Origin: Chrysochromulina tobinii
Lineage: Eukaryota
DNA length: 45,333 nucleotides
Assembly: GCA_001275005.1 (NCBI GenBank)
Contig: JWZX01003398.1
Coordinates: 62,001 to 107,333, forward strand
Direction: 5' to 3'
A model generated the notes under the pieces. The model was not told where the DNA came from. It did no database searches and was given only the letters and a program-made list of their open reading frames with translations. Position 1 is the first letter of the stretch; each line of letters begins with the position of its first letter. Made by a program: the position numbers and the translations under genes. Shown one piece after another: positions 43,901-45,333 of this stretch.

Positions 43901-45333
43901 ATCCATCGGCCGGAGCTTCTTGAAGCGCCAGTTCATTCCCTCGTGGGCGACGCCATTCCACGGTACGGGCACGCCGAGCATGCGGTCGATCAGGCAGAGC
44001 GTCTCGCGCATCAAGCTAAGGTGCCCGATGAGAGCGAGGCCCACGTCTGCGGTGGCATTCGGACAGTGACGGAAGAGCACCTCGTTCTCTTGCATGTCAG
44101 TAGCTTCAAAGTGTCCGCAAGATTCGAGAGGGTGCTCAGCATGAAGCTGCGTATACACATCCTGGATGGGCTCATTCGACCAGGCAAAGTTCAACTTGTA
44201 GAGGGGCCTGAGCTGGAAGCTATCCATCTTCGGGTCACGGCAGTTTTGGTCCTTCATGCACTCAGCTGTTGCGATAGGCGCAAAGTCCATCTCGCGTGAA
44301 TGGTTTGTCCGCCAAGCTTCGAGCGCCATCTCAGGGTCGTTGTCCTTCGCAGCCCACGTGGCGAAATTCACATATGGGCGGGCGACAGTCTTTCCGGCAT
44401 CGAGGTCGGCTTGGTCGTGGCCGTGCGCCTCTGGTCCGATCATTTCGTGGAAGAACGAGACGCGATGAGGGAGGATGTCACGCATCATGAAGATGACTTC
44501 GATCTTCCTGTCTGCTAACTTGGATCTACGAACGATGTCCATAAAGGCGCGCACCTGCATGTGGCTGTATGCAATCAGAACGTTTCGTCGCGTGGCCACC
44601 TCATCTTCTGCCCTCCTGAAGAGAGATACATTGAATGCACCCGAGCGCTCCGACCCGGGCACCTTGTATTGTCGAGGGAGCTGCAGGAGATAGTCGCTGA
44701 GCGTAGTCCCGCCCGTCTTCGGCACGTGGTGGAAGTAGTAGATTGGATACTCTGACGGCGACTTGCCCGTGAACGGTTTCCTAGGAAGGATTCGCGCTGT
44801 TGGCGCGGGCTTTTCCGCAACCTTCGGAGTGCTGGACACGGTGGCGATTGAGTCTTTGTGGATGGTGTTGCTCCTGTACGTGAGCGGCCCAGCGCCATAC
44901 TTTGGTGTTAGCAGGGCCGCCTCGGTTGGCTCCTCCAAGCACCCGTACTCCTCGGCGAAGGCTTCAAACGTATCCAGAGCGCGAGCGACGTAGTAGAACT
45001 CTCTCGGCTCCCTGGTGAGCATGGCGGCGACAACGTCCTCGTCGACATTCGCGAGGAGCTTTGACGACACCACGTTACTTGAGCTTTCCGTGGCGGTCTC
45101 CGACCGCAGCCATGGAATCGGCAGGGAGGTCGAGTGCGCAAACACGCACAAGCTCCGGCGTAAGTTCTGCGCGTCTCCGACGGGACCCAGATACACGGAG
45201 GCAACAGATGCGCTGCCCGCATCTACACCGGAGGCGACAGCGGATGCGTTGCGAGCTTTCCAGACATCGTCGATGGGGAGGTCGCGAAGAGTGGCGTTCA
45301 AGCCGTACATGTACTCGAGCTGAGCATCGCGTG
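40907..45333 (-). CDS. Inverted paralog of the left multidomain sulfotransferase/GH/ShK gene, 5'-partial
   Basis: The frame is open through the right edge (RDAQLEYMYG, matching nt 3343 onward of the left gene). It is colinear and highly similar through HVPKTGGTT, the GH-like barrel and one ShK module. It has a PSPSPSPEPSPEP linker instead of the Ala/ShK/PAAAK repeats. Confidence 0.93.
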   Translation of the reverse strand, partial: RDAQLEYMYGLNATLRDLPIDDVWKARNASAVASGVDAGSASVASVYLGPVGDAQNLRRSLCVFAHSTSLPIPWLRSETATESSSNVVSSKLLANVDEDVVAAMLTREPREFYYVARALDTFEAFAEEYGCLEEPTEAALLTPKYGAGPLTYRSNTIHKDSIATVSSTPKVAEKPAPTARILPRKPFTGKSPSEYPIYYFHHVPKTGGTTLSDYLLQLPRQYKVPGSERSGAFNVSLFRRAEDEVATRRNVLIAYSHMQVRAFMDIVRRSKLADRKIEVIFMMRDILPHRVSFFHEMIGPEAHGHDQADLDAGKTVARPYVNFATWAAKDNDPEMALEAWRTNHSREMDFAPIATAECMKDQNCRDPKMDSFQLRPLYKLNFAWSNEPIQDVYTQLHAEHPLESCGHFEATDMQENEVLFRHCPNATADVGLALIGHLSLMRETLCLIDRMLGVPVPWNGVAHEGMNWRFKKLRPMDAESSFDSSSANELLSRESRELIFNSMTKSKLMEQAALYHCSPPPPPHVAHKLSTILPPWDGAAVWEYRTEHDLKRVAALAVEPTCGEHSFVTSAEAKAEVALLSTCDPESCLVMSTGCGSRPECQGCGSLCLGNHNGSEDADIWSLDGLETGLSVYGTDPIGTVKTENRSMWRNVNLVVRWSEFEPKPDEYNWAAFDSLLLDVTKRSKPFAVGITFLSGPNYYPQWLFESPFNVTKYAESCARRRHSVYAADAATCSETAFAVPNFHDVTYLARYKRAHMALAAKLNDMRVINSQLRLLYLQASIGSGVQNAPVYFHPIRTEADYVWTDPQGQSTPTDARWNRCGRCEFDAFAPPRNVSLDHFMCPSGATVRGLVVSRRPAFETYAQSVTACLFNDVYASHREDAGMRLMVTSDDPKTWVNLANGMNSASQTAKRMQEVQLFTNEWLDANAPGSWLMRNKEGEGAGLSGERTRVAHSILNTFRVTEDGPVRSRADLDKFWCWTGEEGSRGQLGAEPVAPSCLMQNQHLYAVAMWALTTRIDYWNIPLTAAKQQLTGTSFDGVWRFLNRYSGVRWSWQSPGAWIGFRDGLDTLDVERFPEAEFGELPQNWQTMSLRTSQSPDSQALLANRQRSICDSFAKNGCRIEMDVSTDSGKTALAYGNGTNDVNVDVWRSDYGMFMQRRDNSSGSVGYWWQGPKDQMYGRYSRGFAHPQSTIEMVLDQGLWGGLPLTASRAHLTLRLVFLDNSVGQFFVGYDALDGPRGWVVDTKGTSRWREVTFAINDGQFARGDGSGPNGADVWLRDMSQCDSWTDADCAQKPTLFDSLEVVEVASDESLVDPVHLAVEDLHMLPATRAPLMLAASAPCHWGHDSTDVPCAEWANQGECQKQIEFMNAKCAASCGCPPPKLARARGSRLTNFEMGLEPSPSPSPEPSPEPFPGEPIEEWFAAGLLTHGMRPSGRKTTWLWKRSHALMPEGSDSLVAAGELEGHAGGIANTLL

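Noticed and set aside
1..45333. Prokaryotic operon or giant-virus origin, suggested by long intronless ORFs and tight spacing
   Set aside because: Spliceosomal introns, TTLL, NAP and ShK domains indicate a eukaryotic nuclear locus, and no viral hallmark genes were seen.

Overview
Eukaryotic, GC-rich, gene-dense and intron-poor DNA, most consistent with a haptophyte alga. That assignment is inferred from GTGCG-type intron donors, 79-91 nt introns and the protein families present. No rRNA, tRNA or CRISPR was seen. Left arm (+ strand): a 5'-truncated ~3,000 aa multidomain glycan enzyme (GT8 end, three sulfotransferase-like domains, a GH42/35-like barrel, ShK repeats), then a secreted glycogenin-like GT8. 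A repeat-rich convergent gap at 10.4-11.8 kb holds a TSD-flanked retroelement-like fragment. Right arm (all minus strand): (i) a ~7,600 aa giant that the ORF track splits into three ORFs, rejoined by one canonical 79-nt intron and one single-base frameshift or 40-nt mini-intron; it has a DUF3638/DUF3645 SF2-helicase core, SPRY, LamG, glutaredoxin, EF-hands, a zinc ribbon, thioredoxin, ankyrins, an R-S-E ADP-ribosyltransferase and a C-terminal HET/TIR-like domain; (ii) a two-intron sulfotransferase with a 1-nt frameshift; (iii) a TTLL tubulin ligase; (iv) a NAP/SET histone chaperone; (v) an inverted paralog of the left multidomain gene running off the right edge. The best candidates for an undescribed system are the giant helicase-ART-HET sensor/effector-like protein and the duplicated GT8-sulfotransferase-glycosidase megaenzyme. 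All domain calls come from reading motifs by eye; no searches were run.
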